61,166 nt of DNA from Oscillospiraceae bacterium (GTDB lineage: Bacteria > Bacillota > Clostridia > Oscillospirales > WRJC01), in assembly GCA_009780985.1 (NCBI GenBank), contig WQYZ01000003.1, forward strand, positions 1 through 61,166, read 5' to 3'. Every line of letters starts with the position of its first letter. Position 1 is the stretch's first letter. Shown here piece by piece: positions 39,472-51,100 of the stretch. The position numbers and the translations under genes were made by a program. Under the pieces are notes generated by a model. It was not told the DNA's origin and did no database searches. It saw only the letters and a program-made list of their open reading frames with translations.

Positions 39472-41313
39472 ATGAAAAGGAAAAAAAGAAGTTTAGCAGC
39501 AAAAATGATTTCTATCATGGTGGTAATCTGTATTGTCGGAGTGGCGGCAATCGTCACGACGGGCACAATATTATCCGGGAATTCGGTATTTCAGGAAACT
39601 TTAGATAAAGTGCAAAACAGCACGGCGGTTAAAGCCGAAGACATAGAATCATGGGTAACCAGTGAAACCGCTTATTTAGATTCTATTGACCACAGTCTGG
39701 CTTTTATAACGGATCAGTCGAAAGACAATATGCAAAATATTTTCAATTCATATGTCCAGGCTCACCCTATATATTATTCTTTATATACGGGTATGCCCGA
39801 CGGCAGCGCGGTATTCAACGACGGGTGGATTCCGGGCGCAGGCTGGGTGCCGTCTGACAGAGAATGGTATAAAGGAGCCGCTGCAGACAAGTCTTCGGTC
39901 TATATCTCGTCAGTATATACCGACGCAGAAAGCGGAAAATTGTGCACTTCTATTTCAAAAGCAATCATTGACGAATCAACCGGGGAATTTAAAGGCGTAT
40001 TGAGCGCGGATATATTTATTGACGACATCACAAAAATGGTAATTGAAACAAATATCGCAAAAGGCAGTTACGCATTTGTTGCAGACGCGCAGGGAAATAT
40101 TTTAATGCATCCGGATGCAAACTATCAGCCGGTTTACGATGCGGCTAACGACACAGATACATTTAAAAATCTCAGTACGGTAGACAACGGCTCTTTGGCA
40201 AATATGTGGAGGGAATCAACCCAAAGCGGCGACCCTGTAAAGGCTGTGGGTCCCGATGGTATCGCAAAATTTTACACCATGGCTGCGATTCCGTCCACCG
40301 GATGGATAATGTATATCGCCGTCCCGACAAGCGTGATATACGCTCCAGTATATCAGCTGCTCTATGTAACTGTGCCGATATGCTTGGTTCTTTTGATTAT
40401 ACTCGTAATAGTTGCGGTAAGCATAGTTAAGTCTATAGACAAAGTACTGAAGCAAGCCGCAGTTCAGCTCCAGCAGTCCACGGGCGATATAATAAACACA
40501 GCCGCAGAACTTACAGAGACGTCAAATAATCTCGCTCAAAGCGGCAGCCAGCAGGCGGCGTCAATCGAGGAAACGTCAGCAACTATGAATCAAACCGCGA
40601 GCATGGTGGAACAAAATACAAGAAGCACGCATCACGCATTGACGCTGACAAAAGAAACGTCTGAAGAAACGTCTAACGGAGCGCAGAAAATATCAAGTCT
40701 GATAAACTTTATGGACGAGCTTTCAAAATCGAGCCATGCCATATCAAACGTTATAAACACTATTTCAGGCATAGCTTCGCAGACCAATATACTTGCGCTC
40801 AACGCGTCAGTAGAATCCGCAAGAGCGGGAGAAGCGGGGAAAGCGTTCTCCGTAGTATCAGAAGAAGTGCGCGCGCTCGCGCAAAAATGTAACGACGCAG
40901 TCAGAAGCACTTCGGAAATAATCGAAAACAACGCGCGTCTGACTGAATTGAGCATAGATAATTCTCACGAAGTCAGCAGGGCGTTCGATGCCATATCGAA
41001 TAAAATCGACAAAGTAAATCAAATAATGGAAGAGATAACAACCGCGAGCGAAGAACAGTCAAAAGGCGTCAAATATGTAAACGAGACGCTGAGCCAAATG
41101 GAAAAGCTCACCCAGTCAAACGCGGCGATTTCGGAAGAATCCGCCGCCGCCGCAACCGAACTGAAATCGCAGTCTGATATATTGCAGGAACTCACAGACA
41201 ATTTAAATCGTCTCGTCGGGCATGATTACTCCCAAACAGATGAAATTCAAACAAAATCAGCCGGCGCGAGACAGTTCAACACCAATTCCCCTCTTGCCAT
41301 GAACGAGCGATAG
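39472..41313 (+). CDS. Methyl-accepting chemotaxis protein with dCache sensor
   Basis: Two TM helices, REWY and YTD Cache motifs, IASQTNILALNASVESARAGEAGKAF signalling tip. Confidence 0.93.
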   Translation: MKRKKRSLAAKMISIMVVICIVGVAAIVTTGTILSGNSVFQETLDKVQNSTAVKAEDIESWVTSETAYLDSIDHSLAFITDQSKDNMQNIFNSYVQAHPIYYSLYTGMPDGSAVFNDGWIPGAGWVPSDREWYKGAAADKSSVYISSVYTDAESGKLCTSISKAIIDESTGEFKGVLSADIFIDDITKMVIETNIAKGSYAFVADAQGNILMHPDANYQPVYDAANDTDTFKNLSTVDNGSLANMWRESTQSGDPVKAVGPDGIAKFYTMAAIPSTGWIMYIAVPTSVIYAPVYQLLYVTVPICLVLLIILVIVAVSIVKSIDKVLKQAAVQLQQSTGDIINTAAELTETSNNLAQSGSQQAASIEETSATMNQTASMVEQNTRSTHHALTLTKETSEETSNGAQKISSLINFMDELSKSSHAISNVINTISGIASQTNILALNASVESARAGEAGKAFSVVSEEVRALAQKCNDAVRSTSEIIENNARLTELSIDNSHEVSRAFDAISNKIDKVNQIMEEITTASEEQSKGVKYVNETLSQMEKLTQSNAAISEESAAAATELKSQSDILQELTDNLNRLVGHDYSQTDEIQTKSAGARQFNTNSPLAMNER

Positions 41314-41335
41314 ATTAAAACAAAAATAATAAATA

Positions 41336-41376
41336 AAAAAGGGCGATGAAAACTGTTTCGTTTCATCGCCCTTTTT
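41336..41376. terminator. Bidirectional terminator between MCP and htpG
   Basis: AAAAAGGGCGATGAAA...TTTCATCGCCCTTTTT. Confidence 0.8.
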
Positions 41377-41399
41377 GGGTTTTATATATATTTATAAAT

Positions 41400-43484
41400 C
41401 TATTGATTCGTCTTATCGCACAAATCAATGCTGTATTCCATGAATTTTTCGAGTTCTTCCGCAGTTAATTCACGCTTGCTTATCAGCGAAAGCATATAAA
41501 TATATCTTGCCGTTTCTTTATTCTTTGTGTTCATGAGTTTTTGTATAAGAGAGTTGTTTGAATTAATTATGAGCGTTTCTTCGTAATCCATGTCTGCCAT
41601 ACCCGCCATATTTGAATCTACCGCTTTATACTGTTTCATCATATCGGCAATTCTTCTTGACTGTTCGGATAAAGTCAGCAAAGCCGGTATTTTATCGTCG
41701 CTGAGTTTGCTCACTTCCATTTTGAGATTTTTGAATTTATCTGGATTTTCCGTCATGCCTATCGCGTCTTTGAATAAGTCGATAAGTCCTTGATTTTCAG
41801 GACTTTCTTCTTTTTTATCTTTATTATTTTTATCGTCTTTTTTGTCTGCTGTTTCGTTTAAATCGGAATCTACTCTGACAAATTTTACTTTAGGCTTGTC
41901 CTTATCTCCCCCGCCGCGCATTTCCACAAGACTTATAAACTGCGTCTCTATTATGTTTTCGAGAATTAAAACTTCTCTGCCCGCTCTCTGATGCATAGAC
42001 ACATATACAGCCTGCGCGGACGGGTTGTTTGTATAATATATGCTGACTTCTTTTTTATCTTTACTGTCTTTAATTTCTGCATTATCTTTTGACATGGCAT
42101 TTATATATTCGTCTAAAGTTTTATATTCGCCCTGCGTATTTTTATATATTATAATGTCTTTCAGTCTGTCGTAGAATTTTTGGTCGCGCAGACAGCCGTA
42201 TAATATAAAAGTCTTTATATCCTGCCAGAATCCCTCATATTCTTTGCGTTCGGTGTTAAACAGCGACGTGAGTTTATCTCCCACTTTTTTCACGATATGC
42301 GCCGAAATTCTGGAAACATACCCGCTGTTTTGCAAATAGCTTCTCGAAACGTTCAGGGGAAGTTCCGGGCAGTCGATAACGCCTTTCAGCATCAAAAGAT
42401 ATTCCGGGATAACTTCTTTTATATTATCCGCGACAAAGACCTGATTATAATACAGTTTCACCTGACCCTCAAGGCTGTCAAACTGTGTGTTTATTTTCGG
42501 GAAATATAAAATCCCTTTAAAATTAAGCGGATAATCCGCATTTATGTGGATATAGAACAGCGGTTCTTTAAAATCTTTAAAGACTTTTCTGTAAAATTCC
42601 GAATATTCTTCTTTTGTGCAGGACGACGGATTTTTCGTCCAAAGCGGCGAAATGTCGTTTATGGGTTTTTCTACCTCTGTCGTCTCTATCATGTCTTCCT
42701 CTTCGCTATGTTCGTGGTCGTGATGCTCATGTCCGTCGTTTTCATCATGTTCATGTTTCTTATTTACGTCTGTAAAATATATCGGAACAGGCATAAAAGC
42801 GCAGTATTTGTCGAGTATATCTTTTATTTTATACTCGCTCATAAATTCTTTGTTTTCGTCGTTTATGTGAAGAATGACTTCGGTTCCCATGTCTGTTTTT
42901 TCGGGAGCGTATATGCCGGACGCGTCCGGCGAATCCCCTTCGTAAAGTTCAAAATTGCCGTCGTCCGTACACGTCCAGAACACGCCCGGACTCCCGGCAT
43001 ATGATTTTGTTCTGATATCGACTTTATCAGAAACCATAAACGCCGAATAAAATCCCAATCCGAAATGACCGATTATGCCGTTTTTAGCGGTGTCTTCTTT
43101 TAAATTTTTATCGGTTTCACCGGACTTATCCGAATTTTCCTGACTGTCGTTGGATTCATATTTTTCGATAAAATCCAACGCCCCTGAAAGCGCGATTTGG
43201 TTTATATATTTTTTAACTTCTTCGGCGTTCATTCCGATACCATTGTCTGTTACTTTAAGCGTATTTTCCTCGGAATTAAGCTCGACGGTAATTTTAAATT
43301 CCGTGTTTTTGATATCCTCCGATTGTATTTCCCCAAGAGATATTAATCTTTTTATTTTAGTTACTGCGTCGCATGAATTTGAGACAATTTCCCTCAAAAA
43401 TATTTCTTTGTCAGAGTAAAGCCACCTTTTAATTATAGGAAATATATGTCTGGTTTCTACTGATATTCCGCCTTTTTCAAGCAT
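41400..43484 (-). CDS. htpG: Hsp90 chaperone HtpG
   Basis: LYSDKEIFLREIVSN, DNGIGM, IGHFGLGFYSAFMV, LPLNVSRS. Confidence 0.95.
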   Translation of the reverse strand: MLEKGGISVETRHIFPIIKRWLYSDKEIFLREIVSNSCDAVTKIKRLISLGEIQSEDIKNTEFKITVELNSEENTLKVTDNGIGMNAEEVKKYINQIALSGALDFIEKYESNDSQENSDKSGETDKNLKEDTAKNGIIGHFGLGFYSAFMVSDKVDIRTKSYAGSPGVFWTCTDDGNFELYEGDSPDASGIYAPEKTDMGTEVILHINDENKEFMSEYKIKDILDKYCAFMPVPIYFTDVNKKHEHDENDGHEHHDHEHSEEEDMIETTEVEKPINDISPLWTKNPSSCTKEEYSEFYRKVFKDFKEPLFYIHINADYPLNFKGILYFPKINTQFDSLEGQVKLYYNQVFVADNIKEVIPEYLLMLKGVIDCPELPLNVSRSYLQNSGYVSRISAHIVKKVGDKLTSLFNTERKEYEGFWQDIKTFILYGCLRDQKFYDRLKDIIIYKNTQGEYKTLDEYINAMSKDNAEIKDSKDKKEVSIYYTNNPSAQAVYVSMHQRAGREVLILENIIETQFISLVEMRGGGDKDKPKVKFVRVDSDLNETADKKDDKNNKDKKEESPENQGLIDLFKDAIGMTENPDKFKNLKMEVSKLSDDKIPALLTLSEQSRRIADMMKQYKAVDSNMAGMADMDYEETLIINSNNSLIQKLMNTKNKETARYIYMLSLISKRELTAEELEKFMEYSIDLCDKTNQ

Positions 43485-43588
43485 AGATTCAACAATCCTC
43501 CTTTTGTTTTTGCTTTTGTTTAATATATAATTTTATAATATTATAACATAATATTATAATAAAATCAATCAATTACAAAAAATTTTTA

Positions 43589-43617
43589 TTGACATCTAAT
43601 AAAAAATATGATATAAT
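43589..43617 (+). promoter_or_regulatory. Consensus sigma-A promoter of tRNA-His
   Basis: TTGACA-N17-TATAAT, extended -10 TG, A/T-rich UP region. Confidence 0.8.
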
Positions 43618-43682
43618 ATTTAAACATGAATAATTTCAAGCGCACTTTTGATTTTTATAATTGTTATCTGTTAATTGAATAT

Positions 43683-43757
43683 GGTGGGTGTGGCTCAGTT
43701 GGTTAGAGCGCCAGGTTGTGGCCCTGGATGTCGCCGGTTCAAATCCGGTCATTCACC
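43683..43757 (+). tRNA. tRNA-His (GTG)
   Basis: G-1 plus acceptor GTGGGTG/CATTCAC, D arm GCTC/GAGC, anticodon arm CCAGG-TTGTGGC-CCTGG, T loop GGTTCAAATCC, discriminator C; CCA not encoded. Confidence 0.95.
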
Positions 43758-43764
43758 CTATGGA

Positions 43765-43800
43765 AAAAATCCCGATATATTACGATATATCGGGATTTTT
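43765..43800. terminator. Bidirectional terminator after tRNA-His / SLH gene
   Basis: AAAAATCCCGATATAT-tacg-ATATATCGGGATTTTT. Confidence 0.8.
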
Positions 43801-43835
43801 GTTTTTATGCTGTGTTTACCTGTCTTAAATTATGT

Positions 43836-45101
43836 TTACTGTAAATCTACAGAAGCATTAAGTATATCCTCGAACGCCCAGTGATTTGCAGACAAGTCAT
43901 TATATAAACTCCGTAAACTGTCAGGAATTTTATCAAGGCTTGGTCTGCCAAGTATACGATTGACAATTACCACGCATTCGGCGCGCGTAATATTCGCCTC
44001 AGGTCTGAATGTATTGTCCGGATAGCCGGACAGCCATCCTTTGGCGTATGCTGATGCAATGCTTTCGTATGCCCAGTAGTCTTTTGAAATATCTGTGAAT
44101 GGTATAGTTGCGTCGTCTAAAATATCATAAAAACGTGATGCAATTACTACAAATTCTGCTCTTGTGATGGGTTCGTTGGCTCTGAATGTATCGTCCGCGT
44201 AGCCTCTCAGTATGCCTTTTGAAGCTAAATATGTCACCGCTTGCGCGTACCATTCGTTGCCGGTTATATCGCTGAATGGGTTGACAATAATATCATTTTT
44301 ACTGCCGTCTTTTACCAAACGGAAGAATATCATAGCAACTTCAGCGCGAGTAATCGCAATGTCCGGTTTTACGCTTCCGTCCCCGTAGCCGCTGATATAC
44401 TTTTTGCCTGTTTCAAATGGATTGCTATTATTTGTTATAATATTACCTAAAGCTTGCGGTACAGAATTATCTGGAATGTCTTTGGTTTCTTCTCCTGATG
44501 CCGTCGTTTCAGCTCCGTTGGTTCCTGTGCCGCCGTTGTTACCGCCGGTTCCGGTACCGCTGTAGTCAGGGTGAGGCGTAACAGGAGCAGGAGGAGCAGG
44601 TGTAACGTTAATCGCACCGTTCACGCCGTTCAATGGAAATGGATTTTCTATATCGTTGGCTGAAGCCGCCTGAGCGGTAACTGTTAATGATATTGTATCA
44701 GTCGTAACACCGTTCGCTATTTTGAAACTAAGAACAGCCAATTTGCCATTTACATTGCTATCTTTTAAACCGTCGTTAGACGCAGTAACTGTAACACTCC
44801 CTTGTTTATTCGCTACATCGGACTTAGTTGATACAAACGCTACTGTTTCTGCAAATACATCAAATTGTTGTGCACATCCTAAGTACGTTAATTTTGTATT
44901 GTCATAGCTAACATCAAATTCATATCCTGCGATACCTGTGTTACCCGATAATTCCACCGGCACGCTCACCGTGTCGCCTGCTTTACCTGTTACCGTACCT
45001 ACCGTTATTGTCGGGCTGGCGGCTAAAACCACCATAGGCAGCATACTTATCACCATCATAACTATAATAATCAGACAAAATGTTTTTATTAATTTTTTCA
45101 T
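43836..45101 (-). CDS. Cell-surface anchor: signal peptide, cohesin, P/T/G linker, three SLH repeats
   Basis: TITVGTVTGKAGDTVSVPV...DVSYDNTKLTY...NGAINV cohesin pattern; three GYxDxxxxP/A..ITRAE SLH motifs. Confidence 0.85.
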   Translation of the reverse strand: MKKLIKTFCLIIIVMMVISMLPMVVLAASPTITVGTVTGKAGDTVSVPVELSGNTGIAGYEFDVSYDNTKLTYLGCAQQFDVFAETVAFVSTKSDVANKQGSVTVTASNDGLKDSNVNGKLAVLSFKIANGVTTDTISLTVTAQAASANDIENPFPLNGVNGAINVTPAPPAPVTPHPDYSGTGTGGNNGGTGTNGAETTASGEETKDIPDNSVPQALGNIITNNSNPFETGKKYISGYGDGSVKPDIAITRAEVAMIFFRLVKDGSKNDIIVNPFSDITGNEWYAQAVTYLASKGILRGYADDTFRANEPITRAEFVVIASRFYDILDDATIPFTDISKDYWAYESIASAYAKGWLSGYPDNTFRPEANITRAECVVIVNRILGRPSLDKIPDSLRSLYNDLSANHWAFEDILNASVDLQ

Positions 45102-45150
45102 TGCATGTCCTCCGTTTTTTTATATTTTTTATTTTTTAACGTTTATAACA

Positions 45151-48100
45151 TTATTTTAACGAATATGCCGTAGTGAATTCCCTGAAAGCAAGCGTGTCAT
45201 CCTCAATGTCGCCTGTAACTCCCAATGCCAACTGCCGCGCCGCGCCAAGCTCATCAAGGTTCTTGTCGCCGTAATATCGGGAGAATATCATGAAATCCTT
45301 AAAATTCAAATCCCCGTCGCCGTTCAAATCAAACTTGACTACAACTGTTTTCGTGTCTTTATTATCGCCGTTCTCCAAAATAATTACCATTCCTGTGCCA
45401 AGCAGAGTATCCGGGTCTGTGATTTCATTGCCTTTACGGTCATATACTTTTATATTGTCGTGGTTATTCGCAAGTTCGTTCAGCAGGTCGCCGACTGTTG
45501 TTCCGTCTCCTGCTATAGAGCCGGTTATGAATCCGTTCTCAATATTGAAGTGCGACCCGCCTTTCAGGGTTATTCCCAACGGTTCATATATCGCCGTAAC
45601 AGTCAAGTCACCTTCGATGTCGCTGAAATCAGTTACCTTAGTGTTCGAATCAGTGAACCAGCCCGTGAATTTGTAACCTGGTACAGCCGGTGCCATGGGC
45701 GCAGTCGCAAATTCGCCGTACTTCACACTCTGTTCCTTTATCAAATTGCCGTCTTTATCGTTGAATATAACCGTATATGTGTTTTTATCGTATTGTGCTG
45801 TCACTGTAAGGTCTGATTTTATATTGCTGAAATCAGTGACTTTAGTGTTCAAATCAGTAAACCAACCTTTGAACGTATAACCTGTCCTCGTCGGATTTGT
45901 CGCCGGAGGCGTCGCTGACGTATTGTAGTCTACCATTTCACTTTTTAGCGTCGTACCATCCCAGTCTACGAATGTCACCTCGTAGCTGTTTATCTTATAT
46001 TGTGCCGTAACTGTGAGGTCGCCTTTGATATCTTCGAAAGAGTTGTCCCAACCTGTGAACGTGTAGCCTGTTACTGCCGGTGCTGTAGGCGCTGTTGCCG
46101 ATTCGCCGTATTTCACCGTCTGCGTATCGCCAATCGGGTTGCCGTCAAAGCCTATGAACGTAACCATGAAAGTAGGAACGGTTATTTTAATCCAACCGTC
46201 GCTTTTTGTGATGTCGGAAATCGGAACCTCGTCTGAACCAAGAAGAACGGAATCAAGCGATAAATCTACTTTAGCATATGTTACTGCGTCATCTTTTATT
46301 TTGAATTCAAGAGTAAACATAGTTCCGTCACCGGAGAAAACCGAAGAACCATTATCTGCAGTAACCCAAAACTTTCCGGCTGCATTTATCTCATTCAAAA
46401 AACCTGGCATAAACCTTCCGTCTCCGGCGGCAACGCTATCGGCAAATACGTCACTTTGCTCACAGCCTACATACTCTAATTTTGTATTGTCGAATGTTAT
46501 TTCGACTGTATATGTTACGATACCCGGGTTTTCCGTCAATGTAACCGGCACCTTTACCGTGTCGCCGGCTTTGCCTGTTGCCGTACCTACCGTTACTGTC
46601 GGATTATTTGTTGAAATCAGTTCCCACTCCGCCGTCAACTCTACGTCTGACGTAATCGGCGTGCTGAAATCGAACGCGGATCCCTCGTCGTCAGAATACC
46701 AATAGCAGAAATTGCAGCCGTCTTTAACTGGATCTGGCATTGGTCTGTCTACATAGTCGCCATTTGTCACTGGCACTGTGGTTGGATCGGTTCCATTGTC
46801 TGCGTCGAATGTAACGGTATAGATTATTGCCGGTACTTCTTCCCATTGTGCCGTCACGGTCGTGGGTTCGGTGATATTGCTGTAATCTCCAACCCAGCCA
46901 ATGAACGTGTAACCCGCTTTCGTCAGATTTGTCGGAGGCGTCGCCGTTTCGCCGTATGGAACGCTGTCAGTTCCGAGTACAGTAGTGCCGTCGCTGTCTA
47001 CAAATGTAACATTTATATTATACTGCGCTGTCACAGTTGTGGGTTCGATGATTTGGCTGAAATCTTCGGGGTCCCAGCCTGTGAACGTATAGCCTGTCCT
47101 CGTCGGATTTGTCACCGGAGGCGTCGCTGACGTATTGTAGTCTACCATTTCACTTTTTAGCGTCGTACCATCCCAGTCTACGAATGTCACTTCATAGCTG
47201 TCTATCTTATATTGTGCTATTATGGTGAGGTCGCCTTTGATATCTTCGAAAGAGTTGTCCCAACCTGTGAATGTATAACCTGTTCTCGTTGGATCACTCG
47301 GAGCTTTCGCATTGCCGCCTTCTGCCACGCTCTGCTGTTCGCCAATCTTATCGCCGTTCCAGTCTTGGAATATTACCGTGTAGTATGTCGTTACCGGAAC
47401 CGCCGTCCACTGTGCTATAAGCGTTACATCTGATGTGATCGCCACACCGAAATCAAACAACGTAGCTCCGCCGTAGCTCCAGCCGTCGAATGTGTATCCG
47501 TCTTTACTTGGGTCTGCGGGCTGTTTAGCCTTACCGCCGTCTGCCACTGTCTGACTGTCTGCCAGAGTTGTTGTGCCGTCGCTGTCGAAAAATGTTACTT
47601 TGTGGGTAACTGTAGGAGTTGTTCCGTCTGGAATAAACACAACGTCCCTTAAATAATTGTGACCGAGCGATACGGCTGGATATGTACCATATGCGGAGTA
47701 AACCCCTGTTTGCTTCGGATACGAAAGATTACTGCCATTATCTCCCGCACTTTCGGGATTGTTTGAGATCGCCGCATAATTCCCAGCCGCGTCGGTGGAA
47801 ACGGAAACGGTGTAGCTGACATCGGCTTTAACAGGCGTAGATGTTATTGGTAGGTATACCCAACCGTCATTGCCGTCAAAACTTACAGTGTCCTCGTAAA
47901 TTGCCTCACCAGTGCTGTTGTTGTATATTGCCACATGATGGTCTCCGGTTTCTTCCGCATACGCGAACACCCTAATATATGTTATCGTTCCGTCTACTGA
48001 TGGAGTGAATATTGTTCCCAGTTCACATGTTCCCGAGTTTGTGCATAGAATAATTCCGTCATCCGTGCTCAGATCGCCCCAAATTGTTTCGGCGTTGTCC

Positions 48101-51100
48101 GGTAGAACGAAGTCGCCGCTCGCTTTTACGGTTATTCTGACCGTATAGCTCGCTTCGTTCGTTCCGTCTGTCGCGGTGAACGTCACGGAATATATTCCGT
48201 GTTGTCCGACGTCAGGCGTCCAACCGAACTTCTGAGTATCAGAGTCAAAACTTGCGCCGCCAGGCAGATTAGCCGCAGAGTAAGTCAAGTCTCTGTCACT
48301 GACCGCGTGTACTGTGAAGCTGAGGCTGTTCCCCTCCGCTACGGTTTTATCTGCTATCGCGTCAAATATTGGAGTGTTATCCACCTCTGCCGCGTTGACC
48401 GTAACGTCAAAGCTCGTGGTTTTGGTTACTCCATTTTCGGTGTAGCTCACTGTCACAGTCTGAGTGCCTTCGGTATCGAGTTTTGAACCCTCAGCCGGAT
48501 TCGTTTTGTAGCCGCTGACTGCCTTGCTATCTTCGCTGCTGTAGGTCGCCGTTACCACCATACCTGTAAGGTCAAGGACATCGCCTACGGTATATTCTAT
48601 CGTTTTCGGCGGGGTTGTGACGGCTAACTTATCCAGTGTCACCATTGGCGGCTCTACGCCATCGGGAATGAAGACAACATCACGAAGGTAATTACAGCCG
48701 TATGTGTCCGTAGGGCGTGCCGTGAACGTTAAGTCTGTGTTAGCTACACCAAAATTATCTGGATAGTAAAGGCACCCGCCGTTGTTCCCACTGACCGAGG
48801 CATGTTGGATGGCTGGATAAGCCGTTGCGTCGTCCGTGCCAGTTGAAACAGAGACGGTGTAGTAGACGTCAGCGTCGATATGAAGCGGACTATCTAAATT
48901 ATAATACTCCCATTTATTTGCTCCGGTATAGTCAAACACTTCCGGTCCGAAGACTAGGTCCCCGTCATTGTTCCATATTGTGATTGTGTGCTCACCTGTT
49001 TCCCCTGGGATTCCGTATACCCTTACGGATGTTATGTTACCCGGTTCGGATGAATAGAACACAGTCCCTAAGTTATATGAAACGCCGTCTCCCTGGAATG
49101 CCCCTATGTCGGCTGTTTCATCGATATTGCCCCAGATGGTTTCCTCGCCGCCCTGCGGGACAACAGTTGCGGTTACGGTTATTGTTATTGTTTTGTTGCT
49201 GACCATTACCCCGTCGTCCGCCGTAAATTTTACGTTATACACACCGGACTGTCCGACGCTCGGCGTCCACTTGAATTCGCCTGTCTGCGCATTAAGAGTC
49301 GCGCCGTCGGGCAGCACATCCGCCGAATATGTAACCTGTCCGTTTTCGCTTGTTGCGAGTACGGTAAAACTGAGGCTTTCGCCTTCCTTCACGGTTTGAT
49401 CAGTCAAGTCAGAAAAGGTCGGAGCCTTGACCGCGCCGTCGTTCGGCACGAATACTACATCACGCAGATAGTTGTTATGATATTGATTATCCATGGGCTG
49501 CGTGCCTAAGTCGCCGTATACCCCGGCATATGCAGGATAAATGAGGTTCTTCCCATTGTTGCCCGCAGTTGCCGGCGAATTGTTGATCGACGCGTATAAA
49601 TACGGGTCACTCAATTGGGTGGAGACAGAGACGGTGTAGTAATGTCCGGCTTGAACCTGCACAGGTTCGGGTAATTCTATATAGACCCACTCGTTATCGC
49701 CCGTATATGTAGCAGTACCGCTGTAAATTTGCGTTCCGGGCACGAAAGCCGCGTCGCTTTCCCAAATGGATACGTTGTGAGTACCGGTTTCCTGCCCAGA
49801 GATATTCGCGTCGCCGTATACCCCACTGAACCCGAATATTTTGACGTGGGTTATCTCACCGTCAACGATCGGGGAAAACACCGTCCCAAGCTCGTACGCC
49901 CCGCCGTAACCCGCCGTTATGCCTTTTACGGAGGTACCCCAAATGGATTCGGAGTTATCCGGCAGGTTGTAAAAGCTTTTCACGGTTATCGTGATGGTCA
50001 CGCTGTCGAGGCTCAGCTTGTCGCTCGCGGTGAACGTTATGTTGTATACGCCGTATTGCCCGACACTCGGCGTCCACTTGAATTCGCCTGTCTGCGCGTT
50101 AAGGGTCGCGCTGTCTGGCAGTTTGTCCGCCGAAAAGGTTATCGGGACCAAAACCTCATTGCCGCCGTTATCCGCTGACAGCGTAAATCCTATCTGATCC
50201 TTTTCCGTTACGGTTATGGAATTCCCATCCACGTTGGACTGTATTGTCACCGCGGGGATGGCGTCGTTGGAATACTCAGCCGTAAATAAATCGCCGTCGT
50301 GCGCAGTGACGAACGCGTATCCGTTGCCTTTGACGGTTTCAACATCATAGCCGCTGGCCGGAACGCCATTTATGCTTTCCAGAATATGCCCATCATAAAA
50401 AGCTGGAATCATCGCGGTTAGGTTCCCGTAACCCTGACCCTGCGCTGGGGAAGAGACATTGAACGTCAGGACGCTCGTATTATTGTCCCAAGCTATGTTT
50501 TTGAAGCTTGCGCTGTCGCGCATGTTAGTGAAATTGTACATATCCCTGCCGCTGCAGATGGGGATGCCGTTGCTTTTAGAATAAGCCAATACTTGTACGG
50601 CTTCGCTCTTATAGCCGCTTCCGTCTCCGTTAAGCCAGCCTGCGGGATGGAAGTTGGCGGTCAGCCAGGCATAGTCCTCATTATTAAGGGCGTTGTCAAG
50701 CATTGTTTTATAATTTGCGGCTATAGTATAGTGGAAATATTCGTCCGGAAGCTGGGTGTCGTTCTGGTATATGTCCAGCACCTCGCCCTTGCTTGTGGAG
50801 AACTTCATGGGCATACCGCTTCCGTTCTCAAAGCCGGGGTTGCCGAGGTTCAGGAAGTCAAACACATTATAATAGTTGAAGTCCATCATAATGCCGTATT
50901 TCCGCTCTAACATTGCCTGAGCGGCGAACTCCGGCAATCCGTTTGAGTCTGTGCCGCACCATATCACACAGTGGTTGCGCACGGAAGTCGGTGACGGGCT
51001 GACACTGCCATATTTATTGTCGAAAATACTCTCAGCACTTGCGATAGTCGCGTCCGCAGACGCCCAAGACGGCTCAGATGCGTGCTCGAAATGGATCGCG

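Noticed and set aside
43485-43620. CIRCE element upstream of htpG
   Set aside because: No TTAGCACTC-N9-GAGTGCTAA; the TGCTAATAT/ATATTAGCA hairpin near 57488 does not fit either
43675-43884. 69-aa ORF MNMVGVAQLVRAPGCGPG...
   Set aside because: It is the translation of tRNA-His and its terminator
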